From NCBI RefSeq assembly GCF_009914755.1, contig NC_060926.1: a DNA stretch of 64,000 bases. The stretch is one strand, 5' to 3'. Under the pieces are notes generated by a model that was not told the DNA's origin, made no database searches, and worked only from the letters and a program-made list of their open reading frames with translations. The position numbers were made by a program, and so were the translations under genes. The stretch comes from the human T2T-CHM13v2.0 reference genome, Homo sapiens. Below are positions 1-16,080 of the stretch, piece after piece (positions within the stretch are counted from its first letter, which is position 1; each line of letters begins with the position of its first letter).

Positions 1-152
1 AGTTAAAAAATGATGAAAAAAAATTTGTGGACATTTGTTTTCTCTCTTATTACATAAGTACCTACATAATATCCTTGATTTTGCCTTTTGGCCCAGAAAG
101 CCTAAAATATTTACTATTTGGCCCTTTACAGGAAGCATTTGCCAAACTCCAG
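1..152. mobile_element. MER58B-like hAT-Charlie DNA transposon, terminal part
   Basis: Ends with GCCTAAAATATTTACTATTTGGCCCTTTACAGGAAGCATTTGCC, matching the recalled MER58 terminus. Confidence 0.7.
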
Positions 153-1250
153 ACTAGGGTCTTAGGCGTAAATATTAGGTCTAGATAGGATCTTGCACAC
201 AGAGTGACTGACTGCAGGCAAATACATAGGTAAGAAGTTTGAGGGAATTTTATTGCTATAAGCAACCACTATCTTCCCTGCAAAAGCCTGTAATTGTTCC
301 ATCCTTCCAGCAATGCCCCTGATCCCCAACCTGTATGAGCAGAAAGTAGGCTATGCAAGCTGGCAGCCTCCAAGGACAGCACACTCTCCAAGGCCTTCCC
401 CACTCTTCCAGCATGACACACACGGTGCCAGATGGGCCACCAAGCAACTTACTCCACAGCCTAGGAGGGGCCTTCTCAATCCTTGCCCTGTGGGATTTGA
501 GAAACTACAATGGCCAGTGACTGCCATGTGCTTCCTGAGCCTCTCTGTTACTGACAGTAGTCTTATTTGCTGTTATTGAGTGTTACTCCATCATTGCACA
601 TTGAGTTTATGCATGTGTGTCCTTTAGTTGATAGGCCACTGAGCTATGGGCAGCCACATGTGTTCCTGATGGAAGGGACTGAGTATCTCCCAGAGATCCT
701 GGACACGAGGAGACATGCTGTGAGTGGATGTCTGGAAGCCAGTCCTGAGAGAGAAGACTCTAAATCCAGAATTTCTTCAGGCATTTCAAACATTTCTATG
801 TTGTGTGCATTATATAAACAACACCTATATAACTTGTCTTAAGAAAATAAAAGCAACAAGATTAACTGATCCCTTGGAGTGCATATTGGGCCATGGGCAA
901 TGTTCACGGGCTCCCTTCAAACTCTAGAAACACAGAGGATACAACTTTTACATTTTAACACACAAACCTCAGGGGCTCCATCTCAATCTATAATCACTCT
1001 TGGGAAAGGGGTGAATTTGGTCACACTGTTTTGTGCTTCTAAAGTTTTAGATTTTTTTCATTTTTCTCATGCAATATTTTAAGATAAAATATCTTTACTC
1101 TTACTTTTTCTCCTTTGAGGGACAGGTAATTCTCATTAATTAATTACACAATCATTAGAATTATATTTTAGTAAGTTTAGATATTAGAAAAATAGTACCA
1201 TCAATATGGCATTATTGATAATACCACCAATAATAACCAAAAATAATACC

Positions 1251-1340
1251 ATCACATTGGTTCTTACATGACCTAACATCATTGTTAGTAACATCAATGT
1301 TACTAACGTCACTGTTAGGTCCTGTAAGAACCACTGTGAT
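1251..1340. repeat. Inverted repeat / fold-back hairpin, 44-bp arms, 2-nt spacer
   Basis: 1251-1294 is the reverse complement of 1297-1340 at 37 of 44 positions. Confidence 0.95.
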
Positions 1341-1504
1341 TACTCAAGTCCTTTTTAATATTGATTTTTAATGGCTACAATCATAATATACACAACATTT
1401 TATGTATTTTTAAACTAAATATTATGAAAAATAAGCTATGTTTTTACATAGTCTTTTAAATTGAGTGTTTGAATGGCTGTACCTTGTTCTCTGCAGTAGA
1501 GATC

Positions 1505-2000
1505 TGTGCTCTAGGCATCTATTGCCATGCAACAAGCCACTCAGAACTTAGCAATTTAAAGCCACAACAATCATTGTATTATCTCTCCTGGTTTGTGTGT
1601 GTCAGAGGGTTAGGAAGAACTTGGCTGGATGGTTTGAGCTCACAGAGTTGCTGTCACAACTCTGGCTGGACCTGGGCAGCTGGGGGCTGGGGGTGCCTCC
1701 TCTCTTTTTATGTAATCTTAGAGCATCTCAGTGTGGACTTCCACATGGGCCAGTTTGGGCTTCCTCACAACATGGCAGCCTCAGGATGCTGGGACATCTT
1801 ATGTGATGGCTCAGGGCTCCAGCACAAATATTCTAGCAAGCCAGGCAGATGGTGCATTGTCTTCTGTGACTTTCACATAGCACCCCTTTGGCTGTACCCC
1901 ACTGGCTAACTAGCAATCAAGGTCAGCCTTGACAAAGGGAGGGGATATGTCTCAGTGGTAGAAGGAAGGAAGAGTTTGCAGATATTTTAAAATTGCCACA
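1505..2000 (-). mobile_element. MLT1-family (MaLR) LTR, old subfamily (F/G/H-like)
   Basis: ATCTATTGCCATGCAACAAGCCACTCAGAACTTAGC start, CATGGCAGCCTCAGG internal, TTTTAAAATTGCCACA end. Confidence 0.7.
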
Positions 2001-2009
2001 GTTCCATAA

Positions 2010-3150
2010 CTAGTTTAGGTGTTCTTTTTTCATTGGACATTTTTTTACTTGTTTTCTGCTATTAAAAAGAATGTGACAAACATCTTCATGTATATAGCTT
2101 TTCCCATATTTTGTATGAAAGTAGAATTATTAAATCAAATGATATAATCTTTCATATGGTTCCTGAAATATATTGCTACATAATTTTCCAAAAGGATTAT
2201 GTCAATTTATAATGCTATATGCAATGTAGATGACAATATTTTTGATACACAATTACTGGCAATATAAATTACCATTAGACTTTTATTTTGTTAATTTAAT
2301 ATGTACAACGTGTACCTTAATGTTTTTTTAATTTGCATATTTTTATAATTGACAATGTTTTCTTTTGTGTTTGTAAATTTATTTTCTTATTGTCTTCTGC
2401 TTTATTTATTCGGGTCTTAGCATTCATTGCAAGTTGCATTAACTTTTTTTTCACCAAGAATTCTGAAGACAATCAAAGCATTAACTTTTATGCCTCAAAA
2501 ATATCAATCACTTCTATACTGTATTTGTCAAGTGTATTTTTTCTTTTGTTAATAATTTTCCTTTTAGTGTGGGTATTTTAATTTTTCTATCAAATCTGTT
2601 CATTGTTCTAATTTATTTTATCACATATATAGTACTTAGAAAGTCTTTTATCCTCCAAACTTTCCAGATGTACTAAACTGTCAATTATGAGCATCTATAT
2701 TTGTATTTTCGTGATTGTAGCTTTACATTGAACTTCTTAATTCATGTAAAATTTATTTATTATATTAATTGTGTCTAAAGTCATTCTTCCCCTATTGCTA
2801 ATCAGCAAAACCAATATTATTGAGTATTTCTACCTTTATGTTTATTGATTTATGTCTTTTTATATGTATTATGTTAAATTCTTATTTTCTAATATAATCT
2901 AATTCTGGACTGTATATTCTATATAAATTAGTCTTTAAGTTGTTTTTTTTTTTTACTATGCTTACCTGTTTTTTTTTCTCTTAGGTGAACTTTAGAATTA
3001 ATATGTACTAAGTTTGAAGAAAAAATTTGAGAATATGATTGATATTGCCTTAAAGCTTGAAATTCATCTTGGGAGGACTTTGCAAAATTTAGTTTGCAAA
3101 TACAGATGCATTGTGTATCTCCTCAATTATTAAGCTTGTAAAGAATGCTT
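2010..3150 (-). mobile_element. Highly decayed L1M/L1ME fragments
   Basis: Very T-rich tract with antisense L1-like motifs (ACAAACATCTTCATGTATATA, GAACTTTAGAATTA). Confidence 0.5.
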
Positions 3151-3503
3151 TAATTTATAGTACTCTCTACCTGTGTCTACATGCTTGATTTAAAAACCAA
3201 GGTTTCTTCACTTCTTAAGGGCTACCTGTAATAGACAGATACTGGACCGGGCTTATGCGTGATAGTCTTTTGATTGATGTTCATGCAGTCAGGTTTCTCT
3301 TGAGTAATCCTTTCTTTCAGTTCTTTCTTTATTACTTCCTTCCTTTCTTTTTTTTTTTTTTTTGCATTTTATTCAAAACACCTACATAATTTTTGTTTTA
3401 AAGTTTTTTTGTTACACCTGATGTTCAGAAGCCAAACAACAGTTAGAGTTGATGGGGCTGGGGAAGGAGGGTTTGCAGATTTCATTCTTAAGAAAGAAGA
3501 GAA

Positions 3504-3835
<332 letters not shown>

Positions 3836-5414
3836 GGAAGTGAGGGAGCAGAGCTGGTAGAAGCTGAAATAGCGACAATTTTCTGAGATTATACTCATGG
3901 GGTTCAAGATGCATGTGCAATCCATGTCTCTGCTGGGGCCAACACAGTATGTCATAGAAAACGACCACAACAGACATGCCCCATCTGGAAATTCTTGACA
4001 AGCTTGGAAGCCTGGGCCCTTTCCTGCTGCCATCCAAACAGTGAGAAGGCATTGATGCCATCTGTTGGGCAGAGGGGCCCGTAGGCTGCCCACATCATGG
4101 GATGTCAGGGCACCAGGAAGGGGCCACTTCCTAGCCTGTCAAATTATTCCCCTTCTCCCTACTAGATCACATCTGAAATTTTTTTGAGGAGAACCTAAAT
4201 ATTTTACTCCATAGTCAGAAATGAGGGGCAAAATGTCTGGGAGAGAGGACCCTTAGATTGAAGTGTAGATAGTGAATAGCACATCCTCTTCTATCTCTGC
4301 AAGCAGGTGGGCATTCGGAGTGTGAGGACGGATCGGGTAAGTCAGGGTTATGATGACAGGCAAAGGGGAACAGAGCGAAACACAGGGAGGACATACATCC
4401 ATCACTCCAGATACACATTTGCTCTCACTGGCTGGGTTTGTGGAACTGGGGCATCTGGAAAGATGTGTGGGCAGTCATGAAGGCATGCAATGGCTGATGG
4501 TCCGGCTGCATAAGCCCGTGTTCATTTTAAATGTCCGGATCTCTGAAAGGCAGACACATAACAGTCACGCCTCTCCTCCAGCAGGATGACCCCACGGTGG
4601 AGCCATTTGAATTGACAATCAGTTCCAGTAAGCACTGAGAGGGCTAGAAGCCTTATCCAGGAAAAGAGAGAGAGAGAGAGAGAAAAAAAAAGAGAGCCAG
4701 GAAAAAGGGACCAAAGTGGGAGGGAGGAAGAAAGGGGAGCATAAAAGTCTCAGAAGTTGCCAAACCAGCCATCATCGTTACTGTGCACTGAGGAAATGGG
4801 ATTCACACTCCATGTCACCACCAAAGTCACCTCTGCTGAGTGTCACACTGAAGTCCGCGCTCCAGTGAAGGCCAGCCGAAGCCGATTCTTGTTTCAGGCA
4901 AAACCTCCCATTTAACGCTGAGGGAGCACATATATCACACACTATTAAAACTGCCAGTTTCCATCCCTTTCACACCATTAGTAGAATATATATATATCAT
5001 TAAAGGAAGTGAGTTACAATATAAAAATATGGTAATTCAGACTGGCAGGTCACAACTGACAGCACATTCAGGAGGCTGCTTTCCCGAGCTGTCTCTAGAG
5101 ACCCTATATTTAGCAAAAAGATGTTTCCCAGAAAAGTTTTCATAAATATTCTCCATGGGGGAAAATGTATATTTATCACTTCATATAAAAAGAAATCTAA
5201 AACAAATGTTTTAGTAGCTGACTTCTCAGAAATTGGATGGATATTTTTAATCCATAGCTGGGAGAATTTTTCTTATAAACTTGATAAGAGTCAAGAACTG
5301 CTGTAGCCTGGGTACCCACAGTGTTATTAGTGGAATTATCCTTATTTTTCCCCCTTCTTTGTCCTCTCTGCAGCCATACTGAATACCCCATGTTCTGATT
5401 CTGGTGTTGGAGAG

Positions 5415-5971
5415 TGCATTAATCATGTTTTTAATTCCATGTATTTTATGATGCTTTGATATCTTGGGGCTTTGCTGACTGGGGAGAGACTGCCCTCCTG
5501 GGGCTAGCTAATTCCTAGAGATAGCAAATGACTCCCCTGTGAGCACAACTTCCATATGCAAACCAATGAATCCAAAGCCCATATTCCCCAAACACCTACT
5601 TTATGAGGCAACTTTCCCTCTGACCTAATCAGCCCGGGGCCAGGTACAACTCAGACAACTCAAGACAGCCCTTAGGCCCCAGAGCCCGCTGAAACGATGC
5701 AAACTAGCCAGTCCTAAACCTGCAGAGCCTGGATACCCTGCCTTGCCCATTCCCTCCCTCAAAAACCTAAGTCTCTCACCCACACTTTCTGCTTGTCCCC
5801 TCCAGCCTCCGGACTGACCTAGGGCATCCCCTGCTGCCCCCAACCCCCATGGTGTGGCATGCCCCTTCTCTTAGGAACTGTGAGTAATAAGCTATCTTTT
5901 CCATTACAATCATCTCCTAATCTGTTTGCCTCACTAGAATGGAATAATGATAAAGCCGTTGTTTCAAAACA
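5415..5971 (+). mobile_element. Solo LTR, MER74-like (ERVL)
   Basis: TG...CA termini; 5-bp TSD GAGAG at 5410-5414 and 5972-5976; GGGCTAGCTAATTCCTAGAGATAGCAAA motif. Confidence 0.75.
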
Positions 5972-6435
5972 GAGAGGTGGAAAAAGATTTCACCAATCTG
6001 CTCTCCAATGGCTCACAGTATTGGATTGAAGGATTATCCCTTAAACTGCATATAAATAATCCCAGCTTGCCACTGCTGTGTCATATTTGGTCTCAGTTAA
6101 AATGAGACTTTTATGGCTCAGTGGGTCATCCTGCCTACTGTCTGAGGAGAAACATACATTGATGAAAAGCTTCAGAATCCAGCTGCTCCAGGAGAGAAGC
6201 ATAAGGAAAATGAAATCCAAAAGGCTGACGTTAGATAAGGCAGGCCAGGCACTACGGGAAATTCAGTGAGAAGAGAAGACTACACAGAAAGAGGCAGATT
6301 GGGGGAAAAAAGAGTAGCACTTGCTGCAGGTGGAATAAGGTGGAGCAAATATGATTCAGCAGATTCCTTTTAGGCAGAGCACGGGGTTCTGATGAATGCC
6401 TTGCAAATGAGCTGGGCCATAGGTTCGTTCCCAAG

Positions 6436-7082
6436 TGTGGCAGGCCAGGTCTCACTAATGCAGGCCTCCATAACAACTGTTTTAGTACTCACTGAGCAGG
6501 TAAGTGAAATATTAAAAGTTAAAAGAGCTAGTGCCCTTATACAAAGGCTGGAATATAACAAAAGCTCGCCAAGAGTTTTGCCCAGATCTTTCCTGGGCCT
6601 TAAACCATGAAAAGATAATGAAGGAATTCTTAACGGGACTATTTAGGATTAAACAAGTTTTATTTGGGGGTCTGAAGAAACTCCCCAGGCCTCCACAAAC
6701 AAGTTTATTGGGGGTCTGAAGGAACTCCTTAAACCTGCAGGTTAAGGGTAATCACCTAGCACCTGGACCCATTTAGATTAAGTAAATTTACTGAGGCTCC
6801 AGGGGAAGGTCTTCAAGACTCAGACCTTAGCTATTGTAGATTAAAAGAAGCTATCACTTATGTCTTTAGAGGAATGCATGCTTACATTTAGACATGTAGC
6901 TTAGAAGGTATATAAGCTCTGGAAAACTTGGTAATTTTGAGTTGGTCTGGCGATATTTTCTGAGCCTTCTCCTGGTAACTGGTTACAGAAATAAAAAAAG
7001 CTCTCTTCCTCCCTAGTTCATCTACATCTCGTTATCAGGCTGCAAGAAATAGCAGCCCGACCCTCAGTTTGGTCTGGGAGCA
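6436..7082 (+). mobile_element. Solo LTR, MER39-like (ERV1)
   Basis: TGTGGCAGGCCAGGTCTCACTAA start, CAGCCCGACCCTCAGTTTGGTCTGGGAGCA end; TATATAA at 6909, AATAAA at 6990; flanks CAAG/CAGG. Confidence 0.75.
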
Positions 7083-7399
7083 CAGGGACACAGGTAAAAA
7101 ATGCTGAAGTGGCTATGTTAGGATGTCACGGTTTTTAGGGTAAGCATACATGGAGAATGGGCTTCACTTCCTTAGTGTGAGTGCCCCATGGGGTACATTT
7201 AGGGGCTATGTGAGCCTCTCTTCCAGGAGGCACTGACAGAGGAGTCATCCCCTAGAACCTGGAGGCATTTGCCTGGAGCAGCATACGCTGGAAGGGAGGT
7301 ATTTTGAAGCTGGTTCCAAGCAGAGCTGAGAGATTGTGCAAAGGCAAGAGAGAAAGGGAAGGGGAAGGGTTTACACAAGGCAATTATATGTACAGATTT

Positions 7400-7942
7400 T
7401 AATTAAATTTTTAAAAATTGTGGTAAACATATAACATCAAATTTACCATCTTTACCATTTTAAGTGCACAGTTCAGTAGTGTTCAGTATATTCATGCTGT
7501 TGTTACAACAGATCTCTAGAACCTTTTCATCTAGCAAAACTGAAACTCTGTACTCATTGAAAAACATTCTCCTTTGCTCAACCCTCCAGCCCCTGGGAAC
7601 ATTATTCTGCCTTTAGTGTTTACAGGTTTTACTGCTCTAGTTACCTCATATAAGTGGAATCACACAGTTGTCTTTTTGTAACTGGCTTATTTCACTTAAC
7701 ATAATGTCCAACTTGTAACGTGACAGCATTTCCTTTCTTTTTAAGGCTGAATAACATTCCTTTGTATGTGGACACTAAATTTCCTTTATTCATCCATAAA
7801 TGGACACTTGAATTGCTTCCACCTCTTGGCTATTGTGAATAGTGCTGCAGTGAATGTGGGTGTGCAAATATCTCTTTCAGACCCTGCTTCCTATTCTTTT
7901 GGATAAATACCCAGAAGTAGGATTGCCAGATCATATGGCAGA
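7400..7942 (-). mobile_element. L1MB 3' end fragment
   Basis: Antisense L1MB 3'UTR motifs (AAATTTACCATCTTTACCATTTTAAGTG, CCTCATATAAGTGGAATC). Confidence 0.8.
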
Positions 7943-8054
7943 TTTTCATTTTAAAGATCATTCTAGTGACTGGGTATAAAATAAATGGGATGGGACAAAC
8001 ATTGGAGGTAGGGAGACTTGATTGAAGAGTTTAGGCAAAAAATAACAGCTTCTT

Positions 8055-10432
<2,378 letters not shown>

Positions 10433-10449
10433 AAATAATAGCTTCTTAA

Positions 10450-11095
10450 GCTAAGGTAGGAAAGGTAGAAAGAGAGGAGTGAATGGATCGCCGGTAGAAA
10501 GATCCTGATTGTGCTGCCTCGTGGGTGAGTCAATAGTGGGGTTCAGGTTTCTGGTTTGGGTAGCTGGCTGGATCACCGAGTCTGTCACTGTGGTAAAAGC
10601 ACAGGAGGAAGAGGTGGATTGGATGCTAACTGTGTTTTGGAAGGAGACTCAGGCAGCAGTGGGGGAAAGCCTGGAGATGTGGAGGCCAGCTTTGCAGTCC
10701 CAAAGAGTGTCTGGGCCTTGGTGGCAGCAGCAGAAATGGAGAGGAGAGCCCAGACCTGTGCCTGGTGACCTGTTGACTGAGGGGCCTTACAGGAGAGATA
10801 TAATTTTGACAAGATTTCGAACAGATGGTTGGTGATAGGAGACTAAGCTGCCTAAAATATTTATAACAAAATTTTTATACTTTTAGATAATTTGGTTTTA
10901 AGATATCTGTGAAATATATACAGATATCTAGTTGAGAATAATAGAATACTAGTTTAGTACTTTTTTATACTTAAATAGTGTTTTAGTACTTAATTATAAG
11001 TTTTAATTAAAGCTTAGCGCAGGGGTCAGGGCTAAAGATACGGATTTAGAAATCAGTCATCAACATGTAGGTGAGAAATGAGGTCACAGGATAAG
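10450..11095 (-). mobile_element. L2 fragments
   Basis: Purine-rich antisense L2-like motifs (CAGGTTTCTGGTTTGGG; AGATACGGATTTAGAAATCAGTCATCAACATGTAGGTG); similar pieces near 7950-8030. Confidence 0.5.
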
Positions 11096-11102
11096 TACAA
11101 CT

Positions 11103-11402
<300 letters not shown>

Positions 11403-11740
11403 TGAAATTTAAACTTAGGAAGGCAGAATGGAGGGTTAAGGGTAAAGCTTGGTAGAACACCAAAGTTAGGAGCAAGTAAAGAAAAAAGAGCCAGAAAGGA
11501 GAATGGAAAGGGCCAGAAATGAAATAAAGGAGAGAGAGATGCTAGAGAATCAAAGGAAGGAAAACAAAAATACGGCAAATAAGACTTTTGGGGTTGTGGC
11601 CAATTCTGGGCTAAGAGTGTGTGAATAGAGCTGACATACAGGGAGTGCTGTCCTATCCCTACCTTGAACCATTTAATTAGCCTGTAAACACAAAGTTTTC
11701 CCAAGTTGATGATGTCATATTTCTGTTTCTCTGTATAGAC

Positions 11741-11942
11741 TAGTGGTTCTCAATCGGGGGGAAGTGTGATTTTGTCCCCCTGGATGATACATTTTTGGTT
11801 TTCACAGTTTGGACAGTGGTGCTATTGGCATGTAGTGGGTAGAGGCCAAGAATGCTTCTGAACACCCTATCATGCGGGGGATAGCCCCCAAACAAAGAAC
11901 CATCCAGCTTAGCGTATCAAGTGACAAAGCTGAGAAACCCTG
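11741..11942. mobile_element. MER20 (hAT-Charlie)
   Basis: TAGTGGTTCTCAA ... TGAGAAACCCTG termini; TAGTGGGTAGAGGCCAAGAATGCT core; flanks GTATAGAC/TTCTAGAC. Confidence 0.85.
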
Positions 11943-12689
11943 TTCTAGACTTTGTTGGATACACTCGTTCCACACATCTTTTTAAGGCTTCAGGCATTGT
12001 GTTTACAGTGAGAACTGTCTGCCACCACATGGCATCTAGCTCTTTCTAGTCTGTGGTCCATCCACGGGGCCTTTTTTGAAAGTGAATATTTGAAAGATTC
12101 TAGCTACCAGTCCACCTTTTCAACCAACTCGATCTGTACATTAGTACAGTAATTTTAGAAATACTTTTTAATACACGCCATAACAGTATTAAGGAAAATT
12201 TATTCAAAGAATGTAACATCTGAACTCAGCAAGGTTGCTCTTTATATAGTAATCCCCCTCCCAACTGCTGCTGTAAGTGCACTCACTGTAGAGTCTAGGA
12301 GTGAAAATGAGTCTTCCTTGAACTCTCAGTATTCTTTGAAGCTTCAGTCCTGCTGATAGTCCCAGGCCTGTTGGTTACAGAGCCCTACGTTCTCTTTAGC
12401 TTAGCTTATTACACTAGAGGGTTTTTCTTTCTTTCTTTTTGAAAGCACTAGCTAATGACTCCATTTCCTAGAAACCAAATGGTATTAATTCCTACTGCTG
12501 GGTGGCCAAGCTTCCTGATTTTCCTACCTATTCCTGTGGGGCCTGTCCCCAGGACTCATTTCTGCTCCATCAGTGGCATGGAAGGGGTGCAGCAATGGGG
12601 GATGCTGTGTGTTCACACCATCTCTTGCCCATATGTTCATCTCCCAACTCTCAGAGCTTGAGGCTGGAGAGTCTGCGTGGGGCCTCTAC

Positions 12690-12885
12690 AGCTGGGGTAG
12701 AGCCTGCTCTGCCACCTGTCTAGTGGATAAGACGTGGGCAAGTGACTCAGTATTGTTTTTTATGCTAATTTCCTCATGTAAGATGAGAATAACAGTACCT
12801 CTTGCAAAAGCTGTTTTTGGTAAATACATGTGAAGTGCTCAGAGCAGAGCCTTGCATGTTGCAAGTCCTCAAAATAATGGTAGTG
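12690..12885 (+). mobile_element. MIR
   Basis: GGGCAAGTGACTCA...TTTCCTCATGTAAGATGAGAATAACAGTACCT core. Confidence 0.7.
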
Positions 12886-12902
12886 ACATTAGTTATTAGA
12901 TA

Positions 12903-13355
12903 CCGTTTTAGTTTCTTAGGGCTGCTTAAAAGTGCACTACAAGTTGGGAGGCTTAAAATAATAGAAATTTATTTTCTCATAGTTCTGGAGGCTAGAAGGT
13001 CAACATCAAGGTGATGGTGGGGACACGCTCCCTCTGAGAGCTCTAGGGAAGAATCCTTCCTGACTTCCTAGCTCTGCTGGTGGCTGGCAATCCTTGGCAT
13101 TCTTTGGCTGGTAGCTGCATCCCTCCAACTTTTACATCTGTCTTCCTGTGGCTTTCTCACCTGTGTGTATCTGCGTAGCTCCATGATCCCCCTGCCCTTG
13201 TAAGGACCCCAGCTATTTAGCCTGAGGGCCTATCCCTTGTCCAGTGTAACCTCATCTTAACTAATTATATCTGAAAAGACCATATTTCTGAGTAGGTCAT
13301 ATTCTGAGGTTCTGGATGGACATGAATTTCAGGGGACATTATTCAACCCCCTATA
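12903..13355 (-). mobile_element. MLT1C-like MaLR LTR
   Basis: TTCTCATAGTTCTGGAGGCTAGAAG and GGCAATCCTTGGCATTCTTTGGCT motifs; about 450 bp. Confidence 0.8.
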
Positions 13356-14136
13356 GCACTATTAAGGTTAATCAACAAATTCATATTGGTTTAGCAATTG
13401 CTTCTGTTAAGAAAAACCTACTGAGATGTTTAAATTTTTTAGACACACTTTAAAAGCTGGTTCTTTGAAACACTCTGTCTGTGATAGCCTGCACACCATT
13501 CTGTAGAGATAATTTACAAAAAATCAAAAACAGTGTTTGATTCAGACTTTGTCTCGCATGAGAGCTGGCAAGGAGAGGTGGAGTGGGCAGAGGAGGCTTC
13601 CAATTCAGCCCACCACCTGTCTACTGACAAGGTGACAGACCTCCATGCAATCAGTTCAGGCCACAGCAGCTTCTGTAATGGAAGGAGTCACCTTTTTGGC
13701 TTATGCTAAACAGAGCTGGGCCTTTGCGTTCAGAACACTGAGCCCCACGGTGCCCCAGTGCGGCATCTGAAAGCATGTAGTAAGACAATGGTGCCTGCCA
13801 ATACTCTATTTATGAGCAGAAAAGCCACACATAGATCTCGTTAGGCCGGGTGTTCCCTCCCCCAGGTTTCCCACGTGGGAGAGACTGCCAGGCACACAGA
13901 CTTATCTGTGCATTCCCTAGCATATGCTGCCTAAAGTTTCTCCCTGGTCCCAGTCCAAGGCACGGGCTGATATCCTTTTCATTCTTGTCATGTGTGAGTC
14001 CCAGGTGATGCTAACAAGGCAATATCTGAACATAGTCAAATATATAAATACCCATTTAACTTTCACAGAACACACCTGAGAACATTCAACCTTTTTATAT
14101 TTGTTGATGATGGTCCTAACAGGCACATCTTCAGGA

Positions 14137-14310
14137 AGGGTGGTTTGTGAACCTCTATGTGCAACACAAATCACCTGGGGATCTTGTTAAAATGTGGATT
14201 CAATTCAATATGTCCCGGATGGGTCCAAGATTTTGCATTTCTAGCAAGCTCCCAGGTGATGCTATGCTGCTTGTCTATGGCAGGAGCAATGGGTAGTTTA
14301 ACTAGCAAGG
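14137..14310. mobile_element. MER5-family DNA transposon
   Basis: AATCACCTGGGGATCTTGTTAAAATG ... GCATTTCTAGCAAGCTCCCAGGTGATGCT. Confidence 0.75.
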
Positions 14311-15169
14311 CTCTATGCCAATGGCCCTACATAAAACCTTCCCCAACAGGTCTGTAGCCCAGTGAAAGGGTACTTTTGGAATAAAGCTTATGGAATCTGA
14401 GGGTGAGAAGTATACTCACTGTCTGAGGGCTGCATCTATGTGTAGAGGAAAGAATGCCAAGGCAGACACTGGGGAGCAGGTATTGTATTGTCCTTGCTTT
14501 GCTACTGACTAGCTACCTAATCTTGGATCCATCATTCTGCCTCTCTAACGCCTCAGTCTATGAACCCATGCAGTAAGTGTAATAGATGTAATATCATCTT
14601 TAACTACCTTTCATTTGGGGTTTTTGAAAATTAACTTAGGTGATGTATTTTCAAAAACATTGTGAAAAGTGCAAAGCACTATTAAAAACAAGTTATTATT
14701 TCCCTCTAGGCTGTCGAGAGAACAAGAAACTGGGATTGGTCCCAGCAGAAGAGAGCTGTGACCCAAACAGCTCCATTCCTGGTGTCATTACATGCCTCTT
14801 TGAGAAATGCACCCTTCAGAGTGCTCCAAGACAAAAACATGCTCAACCATAAAGATTTTATTAATAATTTCTAGCAATTTAATGTATCTAGCGTTCACTC
14901 AGCTCTTTGTATGCACAAGACATCATGCTTGGGTTGTGGATGTGTCAAGATAACTAAGGCAGAGCTCTGGCCCTGGAAGATTTTAAGCCTGTGGTAAGAG
15001 ACAGAGTCCAGTGCAAGGTAGAGAGTGGACCCATGTGTAATGGGGGTGGCATCTCCACTGTCTAGTGCCACTGAAGTATCCTGCTGGCTTGCTTCTTCCA
15101 CTTCCCACCACTGCTGCTTTTGTCCCCCAGCCCCCATTTCTGGGAGTCTTAGGTGCATCCTGGGTAATG

Positions 15170-15750
15170 AGAGGCAGTGTTGTACAGTGGTGGAAACCAG
15201 GGACCTGAAGCCAGACTGCCCACGTTTGAAGCTCAGCTCAGATTCTTTATTTATTTACAGGTTATTTAACCTCTTTGTGCCATGGTTTCCTCATCAGCAC
15301 ACTGGAGATGATATAGGAGTAAAACTGGCTCTTCACATTCATGGTATTCTGTATCCATGGATTCAACCGAGCATGGATCAAAAATATTTGGAAAAAAAAA
15401 AGCAATACAAAATAACAATATGACAGTAAAAATACAAATTTAAAAATACAGTAAACAACTATTTATGTAGCATTTACATTGTATTAGGTATTATAAGTAA
15501 TCTAGAGATGATTTTAAGTATACGGGAAGGTGGGTGTAGGTTACATGCAAATACTGCACCATTTGATATAAGAAACTTGAACATCTGTGGATTTTGGTAT
15601 GGGGTGGGGGGTCCCGGAACCAACCCTCCAAGGATACCAAGGGATGACTGTACTTACTGCTGAGGGTTGCTTTGAGGATTTAATAAGTACATTAACATAA
15701 ACACACAGTTGCACACACAACACAGTAAGCTCTATGGTTAACTAGTATCT
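15170..15750 (+). mobile_element. MIR split by MER2
   Basis: MIR 5' half at about 15170-15320 resumes after 15652 (GGGTTGCTTTGAGGATT). Confidence 0.7.
15322..15650. mobile_element. MER2 (TcMar-Tigger MITE)
   Basis: ATCCATGGATTCAACC, AGCATTTACATTGTATTAGGTATTATAAGTAATCTAGAGATGATT, GGATACCAAGGGATGACTG end; TA on both sides. Confidence 0.9.
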
Positions 15751-16080
15751 TAATGTTGAATATAAAGAAAATCCACACAAGACAATGAGGGTGGGGCTCA
15801 GCTGGTGATGAACACAGGCAGAGCACAGGCTGCTGAGGGTGGAAGGCTCCAATAACACCATGAGATAAACACCGAATGGGGCTTCTGATGTGGACAGCCT
15901 GGCACATTATGTGGTAATTCGTGACTCCAGGTGCTGGCTTGGCTTTCACCCTCTGGTGAGGCTCACCTGCCACCCCCTGGCACCAGCCATCTGGGGCCTG
16001 ACTCCGGAGCTGCCCCTCCTCTCACCCTGAGCCCCCAGACTAGAAGGTGTATCTCTCCTCCTGATGTCTTTTAAGGTTGC

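Noticed and set aside
1251-1340. MADE1/miR-548-type element or a named miRNA
   Set aside because: Arms do not match MADE1 termini as recalled and I do not recognise a mature miRNA, so no name is assigned.
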